From the NCBI GenBank assembly GCA_963630635.1, contig CAVGOA010000003.1, positions 589 through 64,588 of the forward strand: a DNA stretch of 64,000 bases. Reading direction: 5' to 3'. Source of the DNA: Paludibacteraceae bacterium (GTDB lineage: Bacteria > Actinomycetota > Coriobacteriia > Coriobacteriales > Atopobiaceae). Both the position numbers and the translations under genes were made by a program. A model generated the notes under the pieces. The model saw only the letters and a program-made list of their open reading frames with translations, had not been told where the DNA came from and ran no database searches. Shown piece by piece: positions 1 through 8,685 of the stretch (position 1 is the stretch's first letter; the number at the start of each line of letters is the position of its first letter).

Positions 1-1038
1 TTCGTCCATATGGGTCAAGAAGGGATACTTGTAGATGCTCTTTCGCGGGGGCCGCTCCGCCTTGAGCGCGCGGTCGCAGTCGAAGGACTCGCCCATGTCG
101 AACAGGGGCGCCATGCGCAGCCATTCGCGGGACTCCGAGTCAACCAGAATCCCGAAATTGCCCCAATGCCTGTCGAAGTTTCCGATGACGTGGTCAACAA
201 CAAGCATCTCGGAAAGTCTTTCTCGCGCGTCGATGATACCGTGGCTCTCGAGCAAAAGGGCATATCGCTCGTAACGGGAGAGGTGGTTATGATCCGGCGC
301 GAGCTGAAAAATGTCGCCCGCAGGCACGAACTCCGTGGCCGCGTCGGTGAACGACGGGCAGCTCCCGAAAGGCACGGTCCCGTGAAAGCCGTTAAGCGAA
401 TAGGGCACATAGTCGCTCTTTTGTAAAAAGGCCCCACAAACCGTGGTCGCCGCGACCTCGCAAAACGGTTCCAACATGAGATTGGACTGTTTACCGGTTT
501 TGAACAGCCGAGCAACGCCTCCCTCACTCGCCCAGAACTTCGGCAGATTTCCGTTTAAGGCGACGTCCGGGGAAGATGAGAGGATCTCGCTATGAAGGAC
601 GATTTCCTTGAGCGCCGCCTCCCTCGAGCTTTCGTCATGCGACGCGAGGGCCTGTCCTACCTCTGGCGGAAAATCACGGTTATAAAGCTTCACGTCATCC
701 CAATGAAGGTCGATCCCGTCCGGGCGAAGCCAATATTGGTCAGATAACGATAAACCCAACCCAAAGAGCATAAGCTCCTCGGTTGATTCCAGGTCAAGCG
801 CCTCAAGAAGGCGCGACACGTTCTCACGGCTTTGGGGAACAGCGCGCCGGGTCATCCAGCCGGAAAGGCCCTGGCCATCAATCGACCCGTTGCGCGACCA
901 GGCCGCAAACGGGATGTAGGAAACCTCAAGAGCCTTTATATGCCCCGCAATCTGTCTTAGCATCAGGTCATACGTGAATGCGCACGCCTCGTGGTCCCTA
1001 CACATAAGGGTTCTTCGCACATATCTAGGCTTTACCAT
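1..1038 (-). CDS. HipA-like (CtkA-type) kinase domain protein, 3' end beyond window
   Basis: Hand translation from ATG 1038 (MVKPRYVRRTLMC...) is open to base 1. Motifs SLSDQYW, GNLPKFW, EPFCEV, DHVIGNFDRHWGNFG and APLFDMG. Absent from the ORF track because it has no stop in the window. Confidence 0.85.
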   Translation of the reverse strand, partial: MVKPRYVRRTLMCRDHEACAFTYDLMLRQIAGHIKALEVSYIPFAAWSRNGSIDGQGLSGWMTRRAVPQSRENVSRLLEALDLESTEELMLFGLGLSLSDQYWLRPDGIDLHWDDVKLYNRDFPPEVGQALASHDESSREAALKEIVLHSEILSSSPDVALNGNLPKFWASEGGVARLFKTGKQSNLMLEPFCEVAATTVCGAFLQKSDYVPYSLNGFHGTVPFGSCPSFTDAATEFVPAGDIFQLAPDHNHLSRYERYALLLESHGIIDARERLSEMLVVDHVIGNFDRHWGNFGILVDSESREWLRMAPLFDMGESFDCDRALKAERPPRKSIYKYPFLTHMDE

Positions 1039-1252
1039 GGCTCATTCCCTCTTTTTTGAAACCCGGCCCCGCGCAAGCAACGTAAGCCCTTTTGACTTGT
1101 GATGGCGTCAAAAAGCTTAACAGAACGAAGCCACATACAGATAACCATAGCTGATGGTCGCTCGGGCTGATCTCACCCCCTGCAGTTCCTGGTATATGCG
1201 TCCTTTCGAGCCGCTCCTTAGGCAGTTTTCCTCCTATTATGCCTTACCCGTT

Positions 1253-1282
1253 TTGGACGATGTTGTAACACCGGAGTATAAT
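1253..1282 (+). promoter_or_regulatory. Sigma70-type promoter TTGGAC-N18-TATAAT
   Basis: Perfect -10 at 1277-1282, partial -35 at 1253-1258, no downstream CDS. Confidence 0.5.
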
Positions 1283-1288
1283 AACATC

Positions 1289-1453
1289 GGTAGGCGGCGA
1301 TACGAGAGCCTAACGCGATAGCAACCCTATGACAGCGTAGCCTAGGCAAGTAACCTCCTTGCGCCGACATATCGGGGCGAATAGACGCGGTGGGCCGGAA
1401 TCGTGCCGACGGAGCAATAGGGCCGGCGGCGATTCGCCACCGGCCCTATTTTG
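1289..1453 (+). ncRNA. Candidate small RNA (~165 nt)
   Basis: Bounded by a TATAAT promoter and a strong hairpin. Internal hairpins include GCAAG-TAACCTC-CTTGC carrying an anti-SD sequence. Confidence 0.45.
1416..1453. terminator. Intrinsic terminator-like hairpin
   Basis: AATAGGGCCGGCGGCGA-T-TCGCCACCGGCCCTATT followed by T residues. Confidence 0.7.
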
Positions 1454-1599
1454 ATTCGGGTTTGCTATACCGTAGGAATATGGGTTAAGAAGCAAGACCT
1501 TCCTCAACACACCGCGCAAGTTATGTAACCGCGGGGTGTATGTGCATCGTGGCATGGAATACTATAAACAACAACAACGCGGGCTAAAGGAGTAAATGA

Positions 1600-3114
1600 C
1601 TACTTAGTAGCTCCACAACTAGAACACTTATAACCGGTCGTGACGACTTCGTCGTAGGCAGCCCGGTCCGTGACGGTCACGGTCTCGTCCCATGCAGCCC
1701 GATCGGTTACGGTGATGACCTCATCGTAGGCGTCTTGATCGGTTATCCAAACGTAATCATCGTGATAGCCGCTGCATTTTCCCCCACTTAGCAACGAGCT
1801 CTCTATATGCCCCCAAGGGTCATCCGTGATATCCGCCCCACACTGATTGCATATGTAGCGATACTCCTCATGCCTCACGGCGTCGTGGTGGACGGTCTCG
1901 GTGTGGGTCACGGCGTCGTGGTGGACGGTCGTCGTCTGCGCGACCCAGCTGTGCTGGTGCTGAGTCGACGATGACCCGCCGGCAGAAGAGTCACCGGAGC
2001 CGCTGTTACCGCCCTGAGAGTTCCCCTGCTGGGACGAGCCCTGCGACTGGCTGCTGTTATTTTGGCTGGCCTGGCTTGAGGACTGGCCGGACCCGGAGTT
2101 AGTGTTTCCGCCGGAAGAGCCGGAACCGCTGTTGGTGCCCGCGCCGGAGGACGACGAGCCGCTGTTGGTACTTGAGCCGGAAGACGACGAGCCGCCTGAG
2201 GTCGTCGGCACCCTGGCCGCGGTCTCCTCCTTCTTGGCCTCCTCCTGGGCCTGGCCGGCCTGCTGCTCGACGGACTGCTTGACGTCGTCGTCGGCGGCAG
2301 GGCTGTTCTTGATGTTCCCCTCGACCTTGGAGACGACCTGGGAGCCCTTGTCGCCCGTCAAGGTGGAGTCGCCCTTCTTGACAGCCTCGGTTACCTGCGC
2401 GGCGATATTGGTCAGGTCGCCGGCGGTGACGGAACCGGCCTCCACCTTCTCCAGGGTGGCCGCCGTCACCGTTGCATCGGGCGTCTTCTCATCGCTAGAG
2501 GTGAGGCTCTTCGTCTCCCCAACTTTGTAGATCGACCCGTCGGCGTTCACCGGCGAGATGTAGGTCACCTTGCAGGTAGACTCATCCCCTACGGCGACGG
2601 CCTCGGCCTTGTTGGCGCTGTACGCGTGGTAGAAGTCCACGTCGCCGTCGTCGCTCTCGATGTGGGCGATGACGGGCGACGAGGTCGCCTCGTCCCAGCC
2701 CTCGGCCGTCACGCCGACGTTGACGTACATGGTCTTGGCCTCGGCCTCGGCGCTGTCCGTAGCCTGGCCCGCCTGCTGCGACACGGTCGCGGCTGGCTCC
2801 GGTTGGCGGCTCAGCAGCGCGCAGCCGCCGACGCCGGCCAGCAGCACCGCGGCGGCGACGCCCGCCGCTATGAACGTCTTCTTTTTAGGGAACTCGCGGC
2901 CGAAAAGGGCCACCTTGGGCTCGCCTCCGCCCTCATCGACGGCGGCCGCCTCCTCGCCGACCTCGCCCTCCGGCCAGACGTCGGGCCAGGCGACGGTCTC
3001 GAAGCCGTCGGCCCCCTCGACCTCTTCCTCTTCCTCGGTCGCTACCGTCTCCTCGGCGGCCTCGACGAGCATCTCGTCGGCCCGTCCCAGGCCGTCCCTC
3101 TTCTCCTCGTCCAT
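1600..3114 (-). CDS. Membrane-anchored surface protein with Ser/Gly-rich linker and C-terminal His/Cys repeat (putative Zn-binding hairpin) domain
   Basis: 504-aa ORF with AGGAGG RBS, acidic N-terminus, one TM segment (FIAAGVAAAVLLAGVGGCALL), HQH...CNQC...CSSC. Confidence 0.85.
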   Translation of the reverse strand: MDEEKRDGLGRADEMLVEAAEETVATEEEEEVEGADGFETVAWPDVWPEGEVGEEAAAVDEGGGEPKVALFGREFPKKKTFIAAGVAAAVLLAGVGGCALLSRQPEPAATVSQQAGQATDSAEAEAKTMYVNVGVTAEGWDEATSSPVIAHIESDDGDVDFYHAYSANKAEAVAVGDESTCKVTYISPVNADGSIYKVGETKSLTSSDEKTPDATVTAATLEKVEAGSVTAGDLTNIAAQVTEAVKKGDSTLTGDKGSQVVSKVEGNIKNSPAADDDVKQSVEQQAGQAQEEAKKEETAARVPTTSGGSSSSGSSTNSGSSSSGAGTNSGSGSSGGNTNSGSGQSSSQASQNNSSQSQGSSQQGNSQGGNSGSGDSSAGGSSSTQHQHSWVAQTTTVHHDAVTHTETVHHDAVRHEEYRYICNQCGADITDDPWGHIESSLLSGGKCSGYHDDYVWITDQDAYDEVITVTDRAAWDETVTVTDRAAYDEVVTTGYKCSSCGATK

Positions 3115-3575
3115 AAGGTCTCCCCTCCTTTTGGGAACTCCCCTTGACTATCGGGAAAGATTATACCTGCTCGGGGACAGTATGCCCGTCTCGCCGCCGT
3201 GTTAAACGCCCGCAAAGGCTGCATCGTGCCGATTAGGCAGGCCTAGCGTAGCCACATCGCGATATCGCCACCCCGTCGCAGCGCGAAACATGTGTCGCCA
3301 ACCGAAGCGTTTTACAACGGCGACGAAGAATGTGGAGACGGCCGGTTTTCAGCCGCGCCAAAGCTGGCTTAGGGGAAGCTTTCGGGCGGGCGCCCCCTCC
3401 CCGCGGGCCCCGGCCGACTCCGTTAAGGCGGGGCCGCGCGCCGCCAAGCGACTCGAACGGCGCGGCCGGGCCCTTCGCGGCCGGGGCCACCCACTCTCCC
3501 TTCGGTCCCCCGCACGGGGCCCGCGGGGAGGGGGCGCCCGCGCATCTACAGTCCCCTCACGGAAGGGAGAAGCCC

Positions 3576-5147
3576 ATGCGAACATCACATGGCAGCCCGG
3601 GCGCACGCGCGCCCGAGCAGAGAAAGAGAGGAAGGGCCGCGGCCGTGAACAGGGCCAAGGCCCTCTTCATGTCCGTCGTCCTGACCCTGTCGCAGGTGCT
3701 AGGCATGGTGGGCTCGGGCCTCACGGCCGAGGTCGCCGCGGCGGCGACGGTCGGCGAGCAGCTGTCGCTGTCCGAGGCCACGCAGGCCGTGGGCCGCACG
3801 TACACCTTCAGGCTGTCCAACGGGCAGCTCGCCTGGTGCGGCGACCGCCACGCCAACCACCCCGAGGTCGGGCGCCCCGGCACCGTCATCGGCGGCGACG
3901 GCGCCCAGTGGCACGTCGTGCGCGGCGACGACTCGACCCTGACCGGCTACTCCGAGACCCAGCAGCGGATGATCGACTACCTGGTCTACGTGGGCAACCG
4001 CGACGTGTCGGCGTCCAACACCGCCTGGGGCATGTACGGCGTGTGGACCGACAACAACGCGTCCAAGGCCGCCGTGGTGGTCCAGGCCGCCATATGGATG
4101 GTGAGCGCCTACGACACCGACGACGTCACCATCGGCGGCGAGTGCAACTGGGAGTTCTACGCGGGCGACGGCTACGGCCAGACCTCCGACGTCTACTCCC
4201 GCGACTGCATCCTGCGCGCCTACAACGAGGCCAAGGCCTACGCGCTGGGCGGCGCGGGCAACCCCGAGATCGACCACTGCGCCACGGCCGTCCGCTTCGG
4301 CAACGACGTCCAGGACATCTTCTTCTACACCGCGCCCACCGGCTCGGTGACCCTCAAGAAGACCTCCGCCAACCCGTCGGTCACCGACGGCAACGCCTGC
4401 TACAGCCTTTCCGGCGCGAAGTACGGCGTCTTCTCCGACGCCGCCTGCACCGTCAAGGTGGGCGACCTCACGACCGATGCCGCCGGCAACACCGGCACCC
4501 TGACCGGCCTCGCCGCGGGCACCTACTACGCCAAGGAGACCCAGGCCTCCAAGGGCTACCGCCTCTGCGGCGATGTCCACCAGGTCACCGTGGCCGCGGG
4601 CCGCACCGCGACGTTCACGTGCGAGGAGCAGCCTGGCACCGACCCGATTGGCATGCTGGTCGGCAAGTACGACCCGGAGACCCAGAAGACCTACACCGCG
4701 ACCAACCTGCCCAACGGCAGCGCGAGCCTGGCGGGCGCCGAGTTCACCGTCGAGTACTACGACACCGTGGACTACGAGGACTACGGGGCCCTCAAGGCCG
4801 CCGGCCTCTCCCCGAAGCGCACCTGGGTGTTCTCGACTAACAAAAACGGAGTTGCCACATTCTCCGTCAGCAACAAAGTTTCCGGCGACTCCCTGTATAC
4901 CGATGTTTTCGGCAATCCGTGCATTCCGCGTGGCACCGTGGTGATCCGCGAGACCAAGGCCTCCGAGGGCTACAAGGTCAACTCGGGCTTCGTGAGCTTC
5001 CAGACGATCCAGGAGAATGTAACGAGCAGTTCCGCGACCACCTACAACGCGCCGACGGTGGAGGAGCCCGGGATCCGCGGCGGCGTGGCCGCGACCAAGA
5101 TCGACCATGACCGCGACGGGTACAATGCGGCTAGGCGAGAGAAATAA
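3576..5147 (+). pseudogene. Truncated thioester-domain/SpaA(CnaB)-repeat surface adhesin
   Basis: Signal peptide, TED-like motifs AWCGD..P and VQAAIW, CnaB/SpaA motifs LSGAKYGVF, GTYYAKETQASKGY and LAGAEF. Ends abruptly at the start of a third repeat (GGVAATKID) with no anchor. Confidence 0.7.
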
Positions 5148-5161
5148 CGAAAGGCGATGCA

Positions 5162-5626
5162 ATGGGCAGGCAAAAGGTAGACGGAAAAGGGCATCTACAC
5201 GTGAACGTCCCGGTGGCGCTCTGGGAAAAGTTGCGCGTCATGTCCCAGTTGTCGACCTCGGTCGCGAACTCAAGCGAGCTGGCGCAAGTCGCGATGGATG
5301 CCTTCGCGGGCATCTCGCGCGCCCTCGACGCGAACGGCTTCGCCGCCGTGGAGCGGCAGCGAAAGAAGAATGAGGCATGGCAGTCCGTAATGCTGTTCGT
5401 GGACGAGGCAACAATTGATGCGGCGAAGAACGAAGCGGATCGTCTCGGCGTAAGCGTCTCGTCATGGATCACCACGGCCGTCTCGGCGATGATGTCCGAG
5501 GTGAACCCGATGATCTACGCTGCGCTGCGAAAGGACTTCGCGCAAACAATGCGGAAGTGGAAACAGGGCTTCGGGCCCGAGGCGAAGGTCAAGCGCCTGT
5601 GTTCCGGTGAGCCGACGGTGAATTAA
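5162..5626 (+). CDS. Putative tandem ribbon-helix-helix DNA-binding protein
   Basis: GAAAGG RBS. Two RHH-like patterns (HLHVNVPVALWEKLR..SSELAQVAM; SVMLFVDEATIDAAKNEADRLGVSVSSWITTAV). Confidence 0.6.
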   Translation: MGRQKVDGKGHLHVNVPVALWEKLRVMSQLSTSVANSSELAQVAMDAFAGISRALDANGFAAVERQRKKNEAWQSVMLFVDEATIDAAKNEADRLGVSVSSWITTAVSAMMSEVNPMIYAALRKDFAQTMRKWKQGFGPEAKVKRLCSGEPTVN

Positions 5627-5797
5627 CGAGGCGGGCGATCTAAAGGCGATGCGTCTACAGTTCGCCGAGCGCAATCTTTACGCTACCTGGCGGCGGCACT
5701 TACTTCGATGTGGTTTTTGACGCCGGCGCTGAGAGGAGCTGTTTGGCCATGCTTATGTCGCCTCGATTCTTTACGCAATGCCTTTAACGTTCATTTT

Positions 5798-6244
5798 TTA
5801 CGCATCCGTCGAATCCGAGGGGTAACGGAAGACAACGTCGAAACCCTCGGCACGGAGGGCACACGCTGCCGCGCGGGCGTTGGCGTTGCCGACGCCGAAG
5901 GGCTCGTCTTCGTCGGCGACCGCGTCGTGCATGCCCTGGTCGCGGTAGTACGCGAGCTCGACGACATCGGGCTTGTGCCCGAGCGAGGCCTCTTCCGCAC
6001 GCGCGGCGGCCAACGTGGCGGCCACGGCCTCGCGCTGGCGGGACGCGACTTCCTCGAGCGCAGCCCAGGCGCGCGCGGGCGGATCCCAGGAATTGCCCTC
6101 CTTCTCCCAGCGCTTGACGCTCTGGATGTTGCACCGGGCCTCTCAGGCCAGGTCGCCTTGGCTCATGCCGAGGTCCTCACGCAGGGCCTTGAAGCCCGCC
6201 TTAGTGCGGTTCTTCTCCCCGCCCGGTATCTCCTTCTTTCTCAT
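5798..6244 (-). pseudogene. XRE-family HTH protein with in-frame TGA at codon 34
   Basis: MRKKEIPGGEKNRTKAGFKALREDLGMSQGDLA*EARCNIQSVKRWEK... continues in frame to 5798; stop at 6143-6145. Confidence 0.8.
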
Positions 6245-6462
6245 TGCTCCCCCTTCGTCGCTCTATCGACGGCGTCTGCCAGCTCGGCTGACCTCGGCTC
6301 GCCCCGCTCCTCCATAGACAGCCAATCGTACAGCACGTCTGCGCCGGGGAGCAGGCCGCTGCGGTAGTACTCCCAAATGATGCCCTCGCGGACCCCTCCC
6401 CAGGCCCAACATTTTGTCCGAGGTTCCGTGCGCCCATGAATCCGCATTCGACGCCGGGCCAA
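6241..6462 (-). CDS. Hypothetical protein, probably the 3' remnant of a gene coupled to the XRE gene
   Basis: Stop overlaps the XRE start (ATGA); 5' part looks non-coding. Confidence 0.3.
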   Translation of the reverse strand: MARRRMRIHGRTEPRTKCWAWGGVREGIIWEYYRSGLLPGADVLYDWLSMEERGEPRSAELADAVDRATKGEQ

Positions 6463-6499
6463 AGGACGCTACTTCGCCCCACTGAACAAACGGCACTAT

Positions 6500-6641
6500 C
6501 GAGAAGGACCTTGTCGGTGCTTTTTGGGTCTCATCTTGCCGAGGGTCAAAAATCGTAAGCCGTCTGCCTGCGGGTTTGCAAACAGTAATTCAAAATGGTA
6601 CCCGAAATCCACTGACGTGCCACCCAATACTAGCGTGGCCC
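6500..6641 (+). repeat. Dispersed hairpin element, family 1 copy A (degenerate)
   Basis: Colinear similarity with 7158-7299 (CGAGAAGGACCTTGTC...CTGCGG.TTTGCAAA...CCACTGAC). Confidence 0.8.
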
Positions 6642-6775
6642 TTGAACGCAAAACGCCCGCGCAGGAATAGACGGAGCCATGCCCCTGCTGCGCTTGAGGT
6701 GCGACGGCATCAAGTGTAAAAATTGCCTAACCGGGTCAAATATGACTAGTTGCTTGAGCGAGAGAATGGAGCCAC

Positions 6776-7072
6776 ATGCCAGACAAGTGGATTGCCGAGT
6801 GCTCCCCGACGGAGTCGAATGACCGCTTTAGCGCCCTCACGGCCCAGGACAATACAACCAGGGTGTCGCTCCGTGTGTCAAAGGGCGGCAAGCCTTGGGT
6901 TGTTGAGCGTCCCGCCTCAACCGGCTGCGGGTCCGAAAAAGGCTCGATAGCCACCAAGCCGGTCAAGCACGTCGTCGTGCCGGATCTTGACGTGCAGTTC
7001 GCAGGCTACGACGGCGACTATACGCCAGTCGAAGGCGCCTTTACCAACCCCGTTGGAGGCGAAAAGCTGTGA
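6776..7072 (+). CDS. Hypothetical protein or gene fragment between two repeat copies
   Basis: 98-aa ORF with GGAG RBS, no recognised motif. Confidence 0.35.
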   Translation: MPDKWIAECSPTESNDRFSALTAQDNTTRVSLRVSKGGKPWVVERPASTGCGSEKGSIATKPVKHVVVPDLDVQFAGYDGDYTPVEGAFTNPVGGEKL

Positions 7073-7157
7073 CGGAGTTCGATGCGTCGCCGTACCCTGA
7101 GGGCACGGCGAAACGGCGCGGTAGGCCCCCGTTCCACAAGGGCGGGCGGTGTGCTAG

Positions 7158-7299
7158 CGAGAAGGACCTTGTCAGTGGTTTTTGGGTCTCTTCTCGCCGG
7201 GGCACGAAATTCACAAGGCGTCTACCTGCGGTTTTGCAAATAGCGGTTCAAAGTGGCACCCGATTTCCACTGACAAGGCACCCAAAACTAACGCGTCCC
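7158..7299 (+). repeat. Dispersed hairpin element, family 1 copy B
   Basis: Perfect 12-bp inverted repeat CCTTGTCAGTGG (7167-7178)/CCACTGACAAGG (7267-7278); central CTACCTGCGGTTTTG. Confidence 0.8.
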
Positions 7300-7324
7300 C
7301 AGGACCTGGGCCGCCCCGGGCACA

Positions 7325-7357
7325 TAAAAAAGGCCAGAGGTACGTAACCCCTGGCCT
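7325..7357 (-). terminator. Intrinsic terminator downstream of tRNA-Thr
   Basis: AGGCCAGGGG-loop-CCTCTGGCCT followed by a T-tract on the minus strand. Confidence 0.75.
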
Positions 7358-7366
7358 AAAATCCAA

Positions 7367-7442
7367 TGGAGCCGACAATGGGACTCGAACCCATGACCCC
7401 CGCTTTACGAGAGCGATGCTCTACCAACTGAGCTATGTCGGC
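7367..7442 (-). tRNA. tRNA-Thr(CGT)
   Basis: 76-nt cloverleaf GCCGACA...TGTCGGCT-CCA, anticodon loop CTCGTAA, TTCGAG T-loop, upstream TTGAAA-N17-TAATCT. Confidence 0.97.
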
Positions 7443-7492
7443 GCACAACCAATTAGATTACAGAAACCCGCGCCCGGTTTCAAGCCCGGATT

Positions 7493-8683
7493 TTAAAGCA
7501 GGCGCAACACTCCGCGCACCAGGCGCTCGAAGTCGTCGGCGTGGGCACCCGCTACCTCCAGCACGCTCTCGTGCGTCACGGCAGGCGCCCCCGCCTCGTT
7601 GGCGGCCAGCGTCAAACCCAGCACGTTCATCTCAAGCGCCTTGGCCATGATGACCTCGCACACCGTGCTCATACCCACGTACGACACGCCCAGCGTCCGC
7701 AGCGCCGCGACCTCGGCCGGGGTCTCGAAGCTCGGCCCCAGCACGCCCGCATAGACGCCTTCCTCGACGGCGATTCCCAGGTCGTCGGCCACACCGCGCG
7801 CAATGGTACGCAGATACGGCGAGAAGGCCTCGTTCATGTCGATAAACGGGGTCTCGACGTCGCGCAGCTCGTCCCACTCGGCCAGCGGGTTTCTCCCCGT
7901 CAAGTTGATCTGGTCGGTCAAGATGCCCAGGCCCGTGTGGGCGTTGCCCGCCACGGCGCCCGTCGCGCACGCAAAGATGATGTCGCGGCAACCAAGACGG
8001 TGGGCATGGCGCACCAGCGCGCTGACCTCGGCGGCCGAGTAGCCCTGGTACAGGTGGATGCGGCCCGGGTACACAACAACGGGCACGTCGTCGATTGAGC
8101 CCACCGTGGCCTGGAAGCTGTGGCCCTCGACGGGGCTGGCCGACACCGGGAAGCCCTCGATGTCGTGGTAGTCAATACGGCGCACGGGCTTGACCAGGCC
8201 GGCCAGGTGGCCCAGGCCAGAGCCCAAAACGATCGCGACGGGGTTCTCGACAGACGGTTTGCAGGACTTAACGACATCTTCGCTAACCACGCAAATCCCC
8301 TCCTTCTTTAGCCGGGCGGCAAACACGCCGTCGCCGGCAGTCAGTGTGTTGGTATAGGTTCCATCGTAGATGAGATTTACCCCGCACGACGGACTTTTTG
8401 CCTTAAGAACGGCCAACGGCGCACCGGCGGCCATAACGGCGGCCGCGCACTTCTGGGCACCGGCAGCAAATTCGCAGGTCACGTCTGTGCCATCGGCCAG
8501 AAGAACGCGGCTGCCCGCTCGCTCGGCGGGCGGTCGCGGCACAAAAAGCCCCGCGGCCCTCTCGGGGCACACGGGGCAGGTGTCGCATTTGCTTGCCAGG
8601 TCGATCACGGCCGCGCAGGGCTTGGCCGAGCCGTCAAAACGAACGTGCTCGCCCAAAAGGCATGCGCTGACCGCGACGCGCAT
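7493..8683 (-). CDS. DUF523/TudS thiouracil-desulfidase-like domain fused to purine nucleoside phosphorylase (PNP-I family)
   Basis: N-terminus VSACLLG, VCPE, KSPSCG. C-terminus IVLGSGLG, GRIHLY, GPSFETPAE, VGMST. Confidence 0.9.
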   Translation of the reverse strand: MRVAVSACLLGEHVRFDGSAKPCAAVIDLASKCDTCPVCPERAAGLFVPRPPAERAGSRVLLADGTDVTCEFAAGAQKCAAAVMAAGAPLAVLKAKSPSCGVNLIYDGTYTNTLTAGDGVFAARLKKEGICVVSEDVVKSCKPSVENPVAIVLGSGLGHLAGLVKPVRRIDYHDIEGFPVSASPVEGHSFQATVGSIDDVPVVVYPGRIHLYQGYSAAEVSALVRHAHRLGCRDIIFACATGAVAGNAHTGLGILTDQINLTGRNPLAEWDELRDVETPFIDMNEAFSPYLRTIARGVADDLGIAVEEGVYAGVLGPSFETPAEVAALRTLGVSYVGMSTVCEVIMAKALEMNVLGLTLAANEAGAPAVTHESVLEVAGAHADDFERLVRGVLRLL

Positions 8684-8685
8684 CC

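Larger units (their letters stand above)
1..7300. mobile_element. Decayed integrative element/genomic island remnant abutting the 3' end of tRNA-Thr (left end outside window)
   Basis: Cargo-type genes (HipA-like kinase, adhesins, RHH, XRE), several truncated or nonsense-mutated ORFs, patchy GC, located downstream of a tRNA 3' end. No integrase or att duplication is visible in the window. Confidence 0.55.

Noticed and set aside
10..527. Track ORFs 10-426 (+) and 15-527 (-)
   Set aside because: Shadow frames of the HipA-like gene
1600..1965. Diversity-generating retroelement target
   Set aside because: No reverse transcriptase or template-repeat copy in the window, and the repeats are short in-frame protein repeats
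6143..6145. TGA in the XRE gene as a selenocysteine codon (selD is nearby)
   Set aside because: It falls in an HTH helix where Arg/Lys is expected, not at a Cys-equivalent site, and selD itself uses Cys. A nonsense mutation is simpler.
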